Source: Microbotryum violaceum (Eukaryota). Taken from it: 64,000 bases of DNA. Location of the stretch: NCBI GenBank assembly GCA_001244265.2, contig CDLV01000006.1:2418001-2482000 (forward strand), written 5' to 3'. Under the pieces are notes generated by a model. The model did not search any database and was not told the origin of the DNA. It saw only the letters and a program-made list of their open reading frames with translations. The translations under genes and the position numbers were made by a program. Every line of letters starts with the position of its first letter. Within the stretch, counting starts at the first letter, position 1. Below, in pieces: positions 26,113 to 47,225 of this stretch.

Positions 26113-27543
26113 CCAGAGATGAGGAGGATCCCATGCGTCGTCAGGCTGGGCACCATTTAAATCTGCAATGACCACGATATGTGTACGAACGAGCCCTAGT
26201 GTGTACGAAAAGGATCGGCGAAAGCCGCAGCCCAATGTTTGATCAATATTTCGGCGTTCTGCCGATCTGCCTTGCCGCCGGGGTGTCCTACGGCCGGAAG
26301 CTGCCGACCCACCAGCAGACGCGTTGCGGCAGTACGGAACAGGTAAAGTTTGGTGCGGCACGAGGAGGGCTCTACCGGACCTACCTAGTTAGGAGATCTA
26401 CCTAGGTACGGCAACAGCTGAATCGATCCAATCCGGCTACCAAGCTCCCGAACCGAGTGGCGGGTCCCTCGGCGCTTCTTCTATCGGCGCTCTATATATC
26501 TGTAGCCGACGTCCGCGGCCGTGCGCAAGCTATTGAATGGCGATCTTTATCGCTTGCCGAATCGGCGGTCCCTCACTTCATCCTCCTGTCCTATGCCCTG
26601 GCCGGATATACGCGGACCTCAGTCAAAACTGCCTATCAGGATCAACCTGAAGTTCATTCGTGTATTTGCTGTCTTACGAGCCGTGCTGACGGGTCTAAAG
26701 TCTGTTCTAAGTCCGCCAACGTGAGAGAATTCAACAGTGAATGAGTGTATGGCGCGCGCCAAGCAAATCGCGCCTCCGGGCCGCTTTGTTCTCATCGTGA
26801 AAACCGCCGGCACAGGCGACGGTGGCGAGCGAACTCGCCGAGAAATGACGTCTTCGCTCGTTCGCTCGCCATTCCAGGGCAGGTCCGTGTGATTGAGCAT
26901 CCAATGGAGAGCGACGACGCGCCCCCATAGGGGGCGAAGCCTGGTCCCTAAAACTCTGAAAGAAACCCTCTCTTCCTGAGCTGAGTCGACAACAAAGGAC
27001 GAGTATTCGATGCGCATGCCATAGCTCACCACCTCTGGCTGCACATACTCGAATCCTTCTCGGAGGGCTGAGTACACGCTGTGCCTGTCACGAGTGAAAG
27101 AAGAACAGCGCGTCTTTGGCCGACCAATCTCGCGAGTGTTGACGTCGTATGCCTCAGGCGCTGTCTCAGTCATTTGGCGACTCGGCTGGTGCGCGGGCTA
27201 ACTTGCACAAGTAATCATGATCGGCGATTCAGAGTAGTCGGAACATGGTGCTCAGTTGTGATCGACGCTACCTGCACGGTTCATCAGTGTCCTCACTCTC
27301 CTCAGCCCACCTACGAACCGGGGACAGCGTGGTCACTACCCCACCGTTTCTCGCCGAATGTGGGGCTACAGTCCGGTGTCAGCCGAATCGGGGATCTCAA
27401 CCAGGCTCTCCTGCTTTCAATAGCCAAGGGCACGTGGGGTATCTTGGCCGTTTCGTCCCAAAAAATATTATTTTAAAATGCATCATTTGAGGTTGGGAAC
27501 CCCAACTTGAATTCGTGCAGATCCCATGACATGGTCTCACAAG

Positions 27544-27749
27544 TGTCAGAGTGTATATTGCTGTTTCATCCCACTTCTACTACGGATCATGATTAGTTAC
27601 TAGTTGTTGATATTAGTCGCCTCGCGCGGCTATTGCTTGCCTCGCGCGCTCCTACTCTGCGCTTCTCTTCTTTCTCCAACTGTCTTTACTATCATCCTCG
27701 GCTCTCGTACTAAACGTATCTCGTGCCTCGGCTTTAGGTTCTAATAACA
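27544..27749 (-). mobile_element. Probable solo LTR of an LTR retrotransposon (206 bp)
   Basis: Begins TGTCA and ends TAACA (TG...CA imperfect terminal inverted repeat). Flanks are ACAAG (27539-27543) and AGAAG (27750-27754), a 5-bp target duplication with one mismatch. AT-richer than the genes, with a CAATATAC polyA-like signal near the minus-strand 3' end. Confidence 0.6.
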
Positions 27750-28234
27750 AGAAGCTTCCGGCACGTGTGTGCACGTCCTCCTCCAACCTCAAACTCCCCG
27801 AATCATTGTCTGATCGCTGACGCTCTTTATAGGGCTGAAGTGCTTATTAAAAGGTTTCTTGGAAATGGATTTGCAGAGCACCCTCCGCCGCGACGGGCGT
27901 GCTTTGACTTTCGATTGAGCTTCTGGGCCTTTTTGGGTCAGGGAAGGCAGCCAGTCTCTCATGAAATCGCCTGCGTCTAAGATAAGTAAGGAAATGCACT
28001 GTGTCTCGCAAGGCGACTCCGAACAATCATTATCGTGGATTGCCGTGGGAGTCATGATGGAAAGTACCTCTAGGCAGTCCCCGCTAGTTCCCAGTCGGTT
28101 GCTGCCAGAATGCGCCAGAATCGACGACCTGTCTTTATTTGCCGCGATCATTGTGATTGCGGATGAACCTGACCGGCCTTCCACGCTGACAGCTCGTGCT
28201 ATCCAACTGGGCGAGACACCAGAAAATGGGGGCA

Positions 28235-28424
28235 TCTATCTATCTATACTTTTTAATAATAAAAAACCTAAAAGAATGCACGACAAAACAAGGGTCGCAG
28301 CCGCGCGTCGATCTTTTCTCCCGGTCCGGGAGGTGCGGGCGGAGCTCGCAACGACGTTCATTTACGCAAGCGAGGTCGGCGCGGAGCGCCGCCCGAGCCC
28401 TGGCAGGTATGTATAGGTATCTAG
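28235..28424 (+). mobile_element. Possible short non-autonomous Helitron-like relic
   Basis: A|TCTATCTATCTATACTTTTTAATAATAAAAAA 5' end; GC hairpin CGGCGC-GGA-GCGCCG at 28377-28391; CTAG at 28421-28424. The hairpin spacing and the 3' flank (C, not T) are non-canonical. Confidence 0.3.
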
Positions 28425-28682
28425 CTAAGTAGAGGGCTCAGCATGAGGGAACTTCGGTCATGAGTCAATGAGGGGCCGGTGGCGGTAGAAAACCTGGCGT
28501 TCATACGCGAACAGGGCTAATTTTGCAGCTTGAATTGCGAGTTGTGTAGTATTCTCGTGCTCGCTTCGAATTGGAACCCACACGCGGGCGCCGATCATGT
28601 TTCGGCCGCGCCGGCAACCGGTATAGGGCCGGCCGACCACCCCAATGCGCTCGGACTCCGTCGCGGCGAGTTCTTTCAGGAA

Positions 28683-28691
28683 TCCCTTTGT
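28683..28691 (-). promoter_or_regulatory. Perfect Prf1-type pheromone response element (ACAAAGGGA) upstream of HMG gene 2
   Basis: TCCCTTTGT on the + strand, ~690 bp before the predicted ATG. TR-box-like TCTTTGTTC at 29177-29185. Confidence 0.4.
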
Positions 28692-29376
28692 CTCACAAAA
28701 TCAGCTACACGAACACTAGCTGTGCATGCTCGCTGTCCCGCCCTAGCCGGAAGGTTTCAATGCCACTCTTATCTGCCTACACCTTTCTTCCTCTGCTGAC
28801 CTTACGCACGTACACATCGCTTACGTTCTCATTCCAACGGCCGTCTCGTCGAGCGAAGATTGCACAAAGCGCGCGGTCGGCATTGTCTCGTCCGCTTGAC
28901 GACTTGCTCCGGAGCTCGCCGTCGCAGCGAAGAAGGACGAAACGGACCAACTCTGCTACGAAACGAAACCGCGCATCTCCAAAAAGCTCTGCACCCATCC
29001 GAGGATTGTTGCCGAGGTCAGGCCAACCTATCAAGCATCACCGGCTCAGCTCATTGACTGGTCGGCGCTTGCAACTCTCCGGAGGTCGGTCCAGTCTCCC
29101 GCTCTGGCAAAGCGACAGAAGGGAAGCGATTGAAAATTGATATTCTGAGACTGGACCGTGGCCCTCGTTCCACAGATCTTTGTTCTTCTCAAGCTTCACC
29201 GAGGGCGGAGCATCTCTTCCCCCTCCCGGGCTCCTGTGAATATAGTGTCGACGACATCAGATGTAGGCTTCATTACCTGGCTCAATGGTGTGGCGCAGTC
29301 GTTAAGAGGTGTTTCTGATCTACTGCGGTGCGTATCAGCCAGATATATAGCCAACCTCTAATATTGTACTCCCGCC

Positions 29377-32195
29377 ATGCCCTTTACGAAATCTCGCGTT
29401 GACTTCGGCGCCCACACTCAAGACATCAGTGTGTCATCTGCGCACCCTACCGACTCGGACCGCCAGACCCCGACCACAAACGCTTCGTTGAAAAATGATT
29501 CTCATTCTCTCTTCAACACACCGACAGCACAGGACAGCGATGCATGTGCAGACCTCGTCGCAAAGACGGAACTTGGCCAATCGGCTCCCAAACCCAAAGT
29601 GTCGCACGCTCGCAAGACCGCGCCGGGTCACATCAAACGTCCTCCCAACGCCTTTATTCTGTTCCGCTCGCACTGCTGCTCACCCCCGGCACCTGGAGAA
29701 GAGGATTACGACGCACCTGGGACACCAACAGCACAACAGCTCTCGGTGCTTGGTATCAACGACCATCGTCATATCTCTCGCATCGTTTCCCATCTCTGGA
29801 AAAGCTTGCCCGTTTCGCACAAGAAGTATTGGGAGATCAAGGCCGAGAAGAAGAAGTCCGAGCACCTTGCCGCCCACCCCGATTATCGATACAAGCCCGT
29901 TTATCGGACACCCGGACAGGTCCGCAAGCGTAGGATGGTCGTTGACGAAGCCGACGTCGAAGCCGAGAAGCGTGCGTGCGAGCAGGTCGCCTCGGACTTG
30001 CTCGTCTCGAGCGGAGCGCACCTTTTGATCGAGAAGGAGGAGGAGGAAGAGAAGAGGCGCATCGCTCAGTCTTTAGGGTCTGGAGGCGCTTCGTCGGAGG
30101 ACCTCAAGGTTCATGGAGCCGAAGAAACCCAGACCGGACCAACACGACAGAAGCGACCGGCCAAGCCTCGATCTCGACCAAGCGGTCGCAGACCCAAGGA
30201 AAGCTCTGCAGACGACATATCTCTTGGTGAAGTCAACCGACAGAAGTGGACCTTCGACACCGTGATGGATGCGGTCAACAAAGGCATGGTACCTCCCCCA
30301 CCTCCCACTCGCTCTCCCCCAAAAAAGCCTCGAAATGGTCCCTCGGCAGCCTCGCAGCTGCCTATGCAGCCCGAGCAGTCGCCCAATGCCCTCCACGCCT
30401 CAGGCATCCAAATCGGCAGTTACGCGCAGGAAGAGTATCCCGTTCAGTTCCTCGAGATTCCTAGGAATAGTACAAAGCGTAATTCAGGCTACTCGAGGCT
30501 CAAAGCGACCGGTGGATCCACGGCGCCGGCGGAATACGAGTACCTTCAGGGGCTCAATTGCTTCGTTGTACAATCCCACTCAAAGGCCCCCCTTCAGCCG
30601 CAACAGCCGCAACAAGCACATCGACAGCCACAAACGCAGAGCCAGCAGCAGCAACAGCACTCTCCCCTACGCCACGTACAACAGCCACACCCCACTTCTG
30701 CTCATGGCAATGCGGCGCGAAGGCAGGAACCCACTCCGCCCAAACGGCTCAACCGTGGTTCCTTGCAATTGTCGTCGTTTTCTTTCCCTCAATTTGGTCT
30801 ATCTCCCGGAGGCTTCGCCCGGCCTTTCCCGTCGCCTCCCATCCTTTCTCCTCGGTCGATGCACTTCTACCAGACCTTCAGCTCGCCCACCCCGTCCACG
30901 CGCCCCGAGATAAGCAGCACTCGAACTGAACCGCAGGTCATGCCGAGTCCATCTTCGGCCGCGTTCGGTGGCAATGGCAACCCCGCCGTTCTTCCGGCGG
31001 GGCGCAGGGAATCGGAGCTCAACCTTCCACTTGCTGGTATGCGACGACGCGGAACCCTTGGCAGGACGACCCAGGGAGGGGACGTGATGCTGATTTCGCC
31101 CGTGTTGGGGCAGTTCGGAGAAGCGCGCAAATTCTCATTGGGACGATGGGAGCTCACGCGTCCCGCTCCGGATTTCAATCCGCCGGCTCACTCACCACTC
31201 GCGGCCGAGGGTCTCACCGCTTACGACCTGCCCCCGGAGATCGCGGAAATTTTCGGGACCTCCCTACCGTTGGACACTCTGGGTACCGAGCTCGATGCGA
31301 TCGGTTGCAATCAAGAGGAGCGGAAAACAGACCAGGCTGCCTCCCCGTCCGCGAGTGATCATTCGGACTACAGACCCAGCAGCTCATCGAGTGAAATGTC
31401 CAATGGCAGTGATTGCGAACAATTTTCACCGAGGTTCGAGAATCCGAAGGACGCGCCATGGAACCAATGGAAGCAGCAAAGCCACATTGGCGACTTTGGC
31501 TACCACGTAGAGGGGCAACCGTTCTTTGTGTCGCCACCCTCAGGGCTGGCGGTGCCTCAAGAATCACCAGCAATGGAATCCCGCCAAACCGCGACGGTCG
31601 AAGTTACTAGTCACCAATGGCAGGCGTACGAGGCACCACAGGGGTTGGGGCAGGGGCCCACTTTCGGCTCTCCTTCGTTTGGTGGTTCGTTCCATCCAGG
31701 CGAGTATTACCAAACCCCCGATACACCGATCGCGACCACGCAGTGGGCTCACTCGAAGCACGATGGAACCCCGAGCCAGTTCAACTACAATGCCACATTA
31801 TCCGCACGAGGATCTCGGTCCCATCTCTTGCCGTATCGCGAACGAGGTAGCGATGCAACAATCCGTGGTCGTTTTGACTCGTTGGCAGCGGCGGAAGCCA
31901 GGCGGATAGCGTTGGAGGTGCTTCAACGGCAATTGCAGCAACCCGAGCTTCAGATCCAGCAGCCATCCACTTCTGATGCTGCTGAAAGTGGAGACGAATT
32001 CTATGGAGAATACCTGCACTTGACCCCCGGACAGGCGAAGGACGCCGTTTTGATCGATTGCTTGCTACGGTGAGTAGTCTTGAACTCCTTGGGCTCGACG
32101 GGGCAATCTTGCTGACGCCTCTTCGTCCTCCCTTCAGAAACGGCTATGGTGTTTCCTTTGATCGTCTGCCAGAGTCATCAACCTTGATGTCATAA
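29377..32195 (+). CDS. Sequence-specific HMG-box transcription factor 2 (MATA_HMG/Rox1/Pcc1/Prf1-like class)
   Basis: KVSHARKTAPGHIKRPPNAFILFRSH..[insert]..HRHISRIVSHLWKSL..YWEIKAEKKKSEHLAAHPDYRYKP, plus a Gln-rich region. Intron 32070-32137, last exon NGYGVSFDRLPESSTLMS*. The start is uncertain. Confidence 0.9.
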
Positions 32196-32295
32196 TCACA
32201 CACAATTTCTCTAGTTTTCATCGGTGAATGTAGATTACAACAACAGTATGATGTACAAAAATGGCCTCTTGAAGATAGAAGCTAGACAGACCCGC

Positions 32296-41714
<9,419 letters not shown>

Positions 41715-42012
41715 CGTGTCGTGTGTCGCCGTCAGCGTCCGAAGTTGATGTGGGGGGCAAAGGAGAAGCCCACCCGACGCGCGAGCGCGACGTCAAATCC
41801 CATCTCGCGAAATCAAAACACGTCCAGTTTCTCATGCGTGGGTCAAATTCTACTACTGACAGGCTATAATCTCCAGTGTGTATTTGGATTGATCGGGCAC
41901 AAAATGATATGATATAGCTGATTCTGGTGTCATCAAGGCACAGACGTAAATGTGGGGTAGTCGGGGCAGTACAACATAGTCAAGGCATTAGGGAGGTCGG
42001 GTGGCGCGGAGG

Positions 42013-43092
42013 TCAAGGGTGAACATCTGTATCAGATTGTCGGCTGCGGGCATGCGCATACAACACCAAAGCGAGCGACATGACAAGACCGACGAACACT
42101 ATGATAGGCAGTAGCATATACTGTGGCCGCGAGGAGTGCGGTACAAGTCAGCTCGGGCGTGGCTCGGAGCGCAGGAAGAAGATTCGGCTCACTTTGCCAT
42201 AGCATTTGATCTCGGCGATGAGACACTGCCTTGTCACCTTGGGTAGACCTTCTCGCGACCTCGTTTCGCTCGCTGCCGTCGAATACTCAAGCAAAGGTTC
42301 CCTTTCACTGCTCCGCTTGATCGGCGACCCCCCCGTACCACGCTCGGCGAGGGAGTCGGCTCCTTGCTGCTGCTGCTGGTGATGGCGCGAGTTCGACCCC
42401 CACAGCCAACCTGACCACTGCTGCGAGGGCGAGGCTTCCTCGTCGTCGTCGCCTGGCGTGCGAGGCGGCGGGACAGGTAAAGAGGTGTAGCACGTACTCA
42501 ATGGTCGCTCTGACTTTGGGCGAACAGGACATGTCGACCGACGAGGCTGGCTCGTAGTCGTCGATGATGACGGTCGGCTTGGATGCGAGGGAAATCGGAT
42601 CGGGGCCGGGTACACCAGCGACGAAGGGGAGCGCAAGCCTTCTTCGACATTGCGTATCTGTGACAATTTTGGTGACGAGGACGACGAGGACATGTACTTC
42701 TGTGCACTTCGACTCATGCCTAGCCGTTCCCGCGTCTCCGGTGGCGGACTTGGCGACAAATGCGGTGAGCCAGAGATGACGTCGATTGTCCCTGGGGCCA
42801 TGTTCGCCTCAAAGTTCGCCTCATGCGACAACCGCTGGGGATGGGAGACTGATCTTGAGCGTTCTGCTCTCCTTCCTGCTTCCTTCGTCGTCGAGTGCGC
42901 CAGCGTGCCGTGCGAGGTGGAGGAGGATGCTGGTCTCGAGGGCGATCCGATCGAGGCGGGGTTCGCAGCGATCGCAGCGGGTGTTGTGGGGCTGCCAGCT
43001 GCCGATGGCGGTGTGTTGGCAGACGAGCGTCGTGTCGGGATGCGAGATGGTTGCCTCGGTGACGCAGGGGCAGATCGCCCGGGGGCAGGCAT
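42013..43092 (-). CDS. Hypothetical Ser/Pro-rich protein with C-terminal transmembrane anchor
   Basis: ORF from ATG 43092 to ..CLIAEIKCYGK, spliced (intron ~42121-42192) to YMLLPIIVFVGLVMSLALVLYAHARSRQSDTDVHP*. Dileucine motif EREPLL precedes the TM helix. Confidence 0.7.
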
Positions 43093-43394
43093 GGTCGATG
43101 AACGCTGCACCAACACAAGATTCGAGCCGCCGAGTCACGACACACGAGCCGAGAGCGTAGCGTATTTATCAACGCCGAGAACTTGAAGACGTCGGTTGCG
43201 CCGCGTCGCCGAGATTGGGCACCAAGTTTGTGCGAGCGCCTTGTGGTACCTAGGTGTGGCCAGCACTTGGAGATAGGAAGCTGTGTGGAGGTGATCGAGG
43301 TGCGCCCTCAGCTTGGTCAACTGAGTCGACTTGGGGTGACGTGGGCGAGCGTGGGCGGTAGCTACTCCGAGGCGAGCGACCCGGGGAGCCGAGC

Positions 43395-43435
43395 GAGTTC
43401 GCACTGAGTTCGCACTGAGTTCGCACTGAGTTCGC
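43395..43435. repeat. Tandem repeat, 11-bp unit GAGTTCGCACT x ~3.7
   Basis: Exact copies at 43395, 43406 and 43417 and a partial copy at 43428, in a divergent promoter. Confidence 0.9.
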
Positions 43436-44211
43436 TCATTTAGAGGCGCGTCATCGCAAGTCGTGTAGATATCCCGGGCCCCACTCGACGTTGAGCGTTG
43501 CCCAGCAACTTGAACGCTTGCGATATCATAATGTATGTAGAAAGCCGAATCCAACTCAAGGGCCGCACCTTAGGAAGAAAGAATCTAAACTGAATACGTC
43601 ACCATTCGATTACCTTCATCGGTATGAAGAACAATCGCTTGAAGAAACTTGGGCCTCGCCGTCACGGTGCTCCTAATCGCTGATTGGACATCAGGATCAG
43701 CGCCTTAGCCCGCGCCGTGAACCCAATTCTAAAGTGGAGCTCGACGCGGAACCCCCCAATGAATGCTTCAGGCCCGCAACTCCGACGTCGCGAAGAATGA
43801 GCGGGATTCGAAGACTGACCAAGCTCCTGTCTGAATCTTGCGCCTGTCACTCGGCTGGCGCGTGCGGCTGCCGTGCACTCTGCCTGCTGCACTGCACCTT
43901 CCCGTGCCGCAGCTCGCCCTTCGGCCTTCTTCGCATCTTCCTCCCCAAGCCCCACACACTGCCCAAATACAAGAGACCCAGCGCTTTCACGTAAACCCAC
44001 CCGACCGGACGTCACTACCGAGAAGAGCAAGAAGGCACGCCATGCATTAAGATGCGAACCTTGCTTGTACGACGTTGGTCCAAGGCTGCGGTCCCAGCTC
44101 CGAGTCGCTGGCTCGCGGCCTCACCACCCAGTCTCGGAGTTGAACTCCCGCAAACACCACCTAGTACCAACGCATTTCCTCTTTCTAACACCACCCACCC
44201 TTTCTCCAACG

Positions 44212-47200
44212 ATGACTAGTCTCGCTACTTCAGAGCCAACTTGGAGAGACCAACAGTCCGAGTTGCAGCCGACTTGGTCGAACGCTTACAATCGCTCTCG
44301 CTCTCGCTCACGTGACGCCGGCGCCGTCGACAACCCTAGAGGTCGCACAACGCCGCCCAACCCAAGCTGGGATGGATCACCGGAACCCCCTTCCCATGGT
44401 GTATGCTCGTCATCAGTCAACTCGACTCGTACGTCTGCTGTCTCACTAGCTGCAGCTCATCAGGTGTCAGCAGCAGCTCTGCAAGATGGGAAGAGTAGCC
44501 CACAACGACAGCCTTCAAACCTGGATCAGTCATCCTTCGGCTCATCTAGTTTCATCACCAACACCGACGTACAACCTCTCGATTCTCCTGCCGAAGCCGA
44601 ACATCCATCCCCGATCGACCTCGGCGCCGCTCCACTCTTTCTGGCGATTGATTCCTCTCAAAAGCAAATGCGAGCGGTCGTGATCGACCAGTCTTGCAGG
44701 CTCGTCTGGACTGAAGAGGTCAATTGTGACAGCGAAGCCCCTGAGTACCTGTCAGTCCCAAAGGCCTGTGTCTCACTGCGACGACGTAATTGCTGATATT
44801 GTACTCCTGTATTTCTACATTAGCACCAACCAGGGGTGCTATCGCTTTGACGACATGGTCTGCGAGCCGACCGAAATGTGCCTCAAAGTTCTGGACTTGC
44901 TGCTCGAGAAGCTCGCTCGCTCGTGTCCCGACCCTGACCTCCTTCTCAAAGTCCGACGCGTCAGTGGTGCAGGCCAGCAATTCACCCAGCATTTTCTGTC
45001 TTCAGAGTTTCCAGACCTCTTGGCCGAGCTATCAGAGCGCTCTGAATCACGCATGTCTACCGTTTTGTCGGTCACAAGGGGCGCCTTTTCCCTACCTATC
45101 GTGGCTACCGGCCACGATCGTACGACCCAAGAAGAATGCCGTGCCATAGAACTGGCCTTGTCTGACCAACCTGAACTCGCATTTCAACCTCCAGCCCACA
45201 AAGGACGAGGGCGATGGGTGGAAGAGCAAGCGAGGAAAAGGGGGCAAGCCGCTGCAGCGCAGCGCACGGGGAGCAAATGCTGGACGGGGTGGTCAGCCGC
45301 CCAACTCATGAAGGTTGCGAACGACGACCGCAAGCATCTTGGTTCTGACAACCAAGACCCACGCGATATCATGTTCCAAGCCCCTCAAGAACTTAGGATG
45401 GAAAAGCAGTACGAGGGGCGCCGAAGTGTCTGGGAGAGGACCAGCAGGTTGATGCTCAAGAGCACCCTCCTCGCCACGCTCTTCCTGGGACAGTGAGGAA
45501 CCCGTTCATCTCAGGCTATGTCCTTCCAGCTGACTTGAAAGTTGTCACACCTACCAGGATGGCTCCCACGGATATTTCGGATGCATGCGCAACAAACTTG
45601 TTCAACATCACTAGCCGCGACTGGGACAATCAGGTGCTCGAGATAGTCATGGGACAGCACACAGATGCCGACGGGGAGGCGGGAGGTGCTGGGGCGGAGC
45701 AATTGCGACGTCTTCTAGGACCTATCGTCGATGGGAGTACTACAGAGGTGTCTCAAATGTTACAAAGTGTAAAATGAGTAGCCATGCTGATGCTAGTCCA
45801 TCCGTGTGACAGCTTGGCCCAATCAATCAATATTTGGTAAAGCGATTCAACTTTTCACCAGGTAAGTGCAGACAATAACATCTCATTCTCAGATTGCACG
45901 AACTCACGAGTGTGGAACAAACAGACTGCAAGATTATTCCTTTCAGCGGCGACAATCCCTCCACCATCCTGAGCTGCCCACTCAATGGACCGCGGGAGGT
46001 CATCGTCTGCCTCGGCGTGGGAGGTGCCGATACGGTGCTCGTCGCCTGTTCAACCTACACCCCTGGTTCTGATCACCTAACAATGTTGCATCCTCTGTCC
46101 AAGCCGGAGGCGGTTATTGATTCAAGCTCCTCGTCCACGTACCTCGCTGGGATCGTGGAGCGCAATAGCGCGCTCGGTCGTTCGCTCGCTCGAGACTTGT
46201 ACTGCAATGGTGATTGGAACACATTCGCCCGACTTGTCGCCCTCTCGCCCCATGGTGAGTCCAGCAGCTGCCGCGCGTCCTTTTCCAGAGAGATTGTTAT
46301 GTAACTAACTAATGCCACAAAAACAGGTGGCTCCATCGGGCTCGACGACAAGAAATTCATGTTTTGGTTTTCCGAGGGAGATGTCGGGTCCTCGTCTGAT
46401 CGTCTCGTTCGCTGCGCAAATGGCGTGCGCGTTGCTGAGTTCGAGGATCGCAAGCTCAACCCTCGTCTACTCCTCGAATCCCAGTTCTTCTCACTCCGTT
46501 CGCGTTACAGCAAGCTCCTCGCCCAATCGAGAGAACATGAACGGGGTATTCTCCCCTACGATCCTCTGGGTTTCTCACCACACGACGAAGACCTGTTGCC
46601 CAGTCGAATCGTCGCCGTCGGTGGCGCATGCGTCAATCCCGCGATGCTGAGCCTCTTGTCAACGATGTTCGGCTGTCCGGTATACATGATTAACTCGCTG
46701 TCCAAAATCCCCAACTCTTCTCGATCAACCACCACCTCCAGCGCTTTAGGAGCAGCCCACAAAGCCGCCTACGCCTATGCGAAGAGCAACGACGGCGATC
46801 ACGAGCCCGAGACAAGATCGTTCGCACAATGGCTCACGGAGACACTCGAAGACCAACGCCGAAAAGATCATCATACCGACGGTACAACTCGTGGTGAGTC
46901 CGACGTTAGCCCCAGCCCTCGATCCTGTAGTGGCGCAGCGGCCGAACGATCGTCAACCAATCTCGTAGACACGGACACGAAAACGGACGATGGCAGGATC
47001 TTTGACCTCGGAGCTCTTGAGGATCTCCAAGATCATCGAAACACGCGGAAGAACGGCTCATGGTACACTGAGCAAGCCGATGGCTCGAACCGACCACGAA
47101 GAGGCCATGATCCGCCCGGCCTGCGCCTCGTCGCCGAACCCGACCTCGACGAACACAAATACTACTCGTGCATGCTCAGGGAATTTATCCGTGTCCACAA

Positions 47201-47225
47201 CGCAGCAGTTTCATCCTACATATAA
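44212..47225 (+). CDS. Divergent xylulokinase-like FGGY carbohydrate kinase family protein
   Basis: PLFLAIDSSQKQMRAVVID, VSGAGQQ, TDISDACATNLFNI, IIPFSGDNPSTIL, PRLLLESQFFSLR, RIVAVGGACVNPAM and SALGAAHKAAY, in XKS1/XYLB order. Several introns; ~140-aa disordered N-terminal extension. Confidence 0.82.

Noticed and set aside
26619..27173. 184-aa minus-strand ORF, and other 100-190 aa ORFs in the 26.1-29.4 kb gap
   Set aside because: No recognisable domain or transposase/RT motif. ORFs of this length arise by chance in GC-rich DNA. A real orphan gene cannot be excluded without RNA-seq.
12000..32200. Mating-type locus, suggested by two HMG-box genes
   Set aside because: No STE3 receptor, CAAX-ending pheromone precursor, STE20/STE12 or homeodomain HD1/HD2 pair was seen. 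Basidiomycete MAT loci are not defined by HMG genes.
43395..43435. CRISPR-like array
   Set aside because: Units are contiguous 11-mers without spacers, there are no cas genes, and the DNA is eukaryotic.
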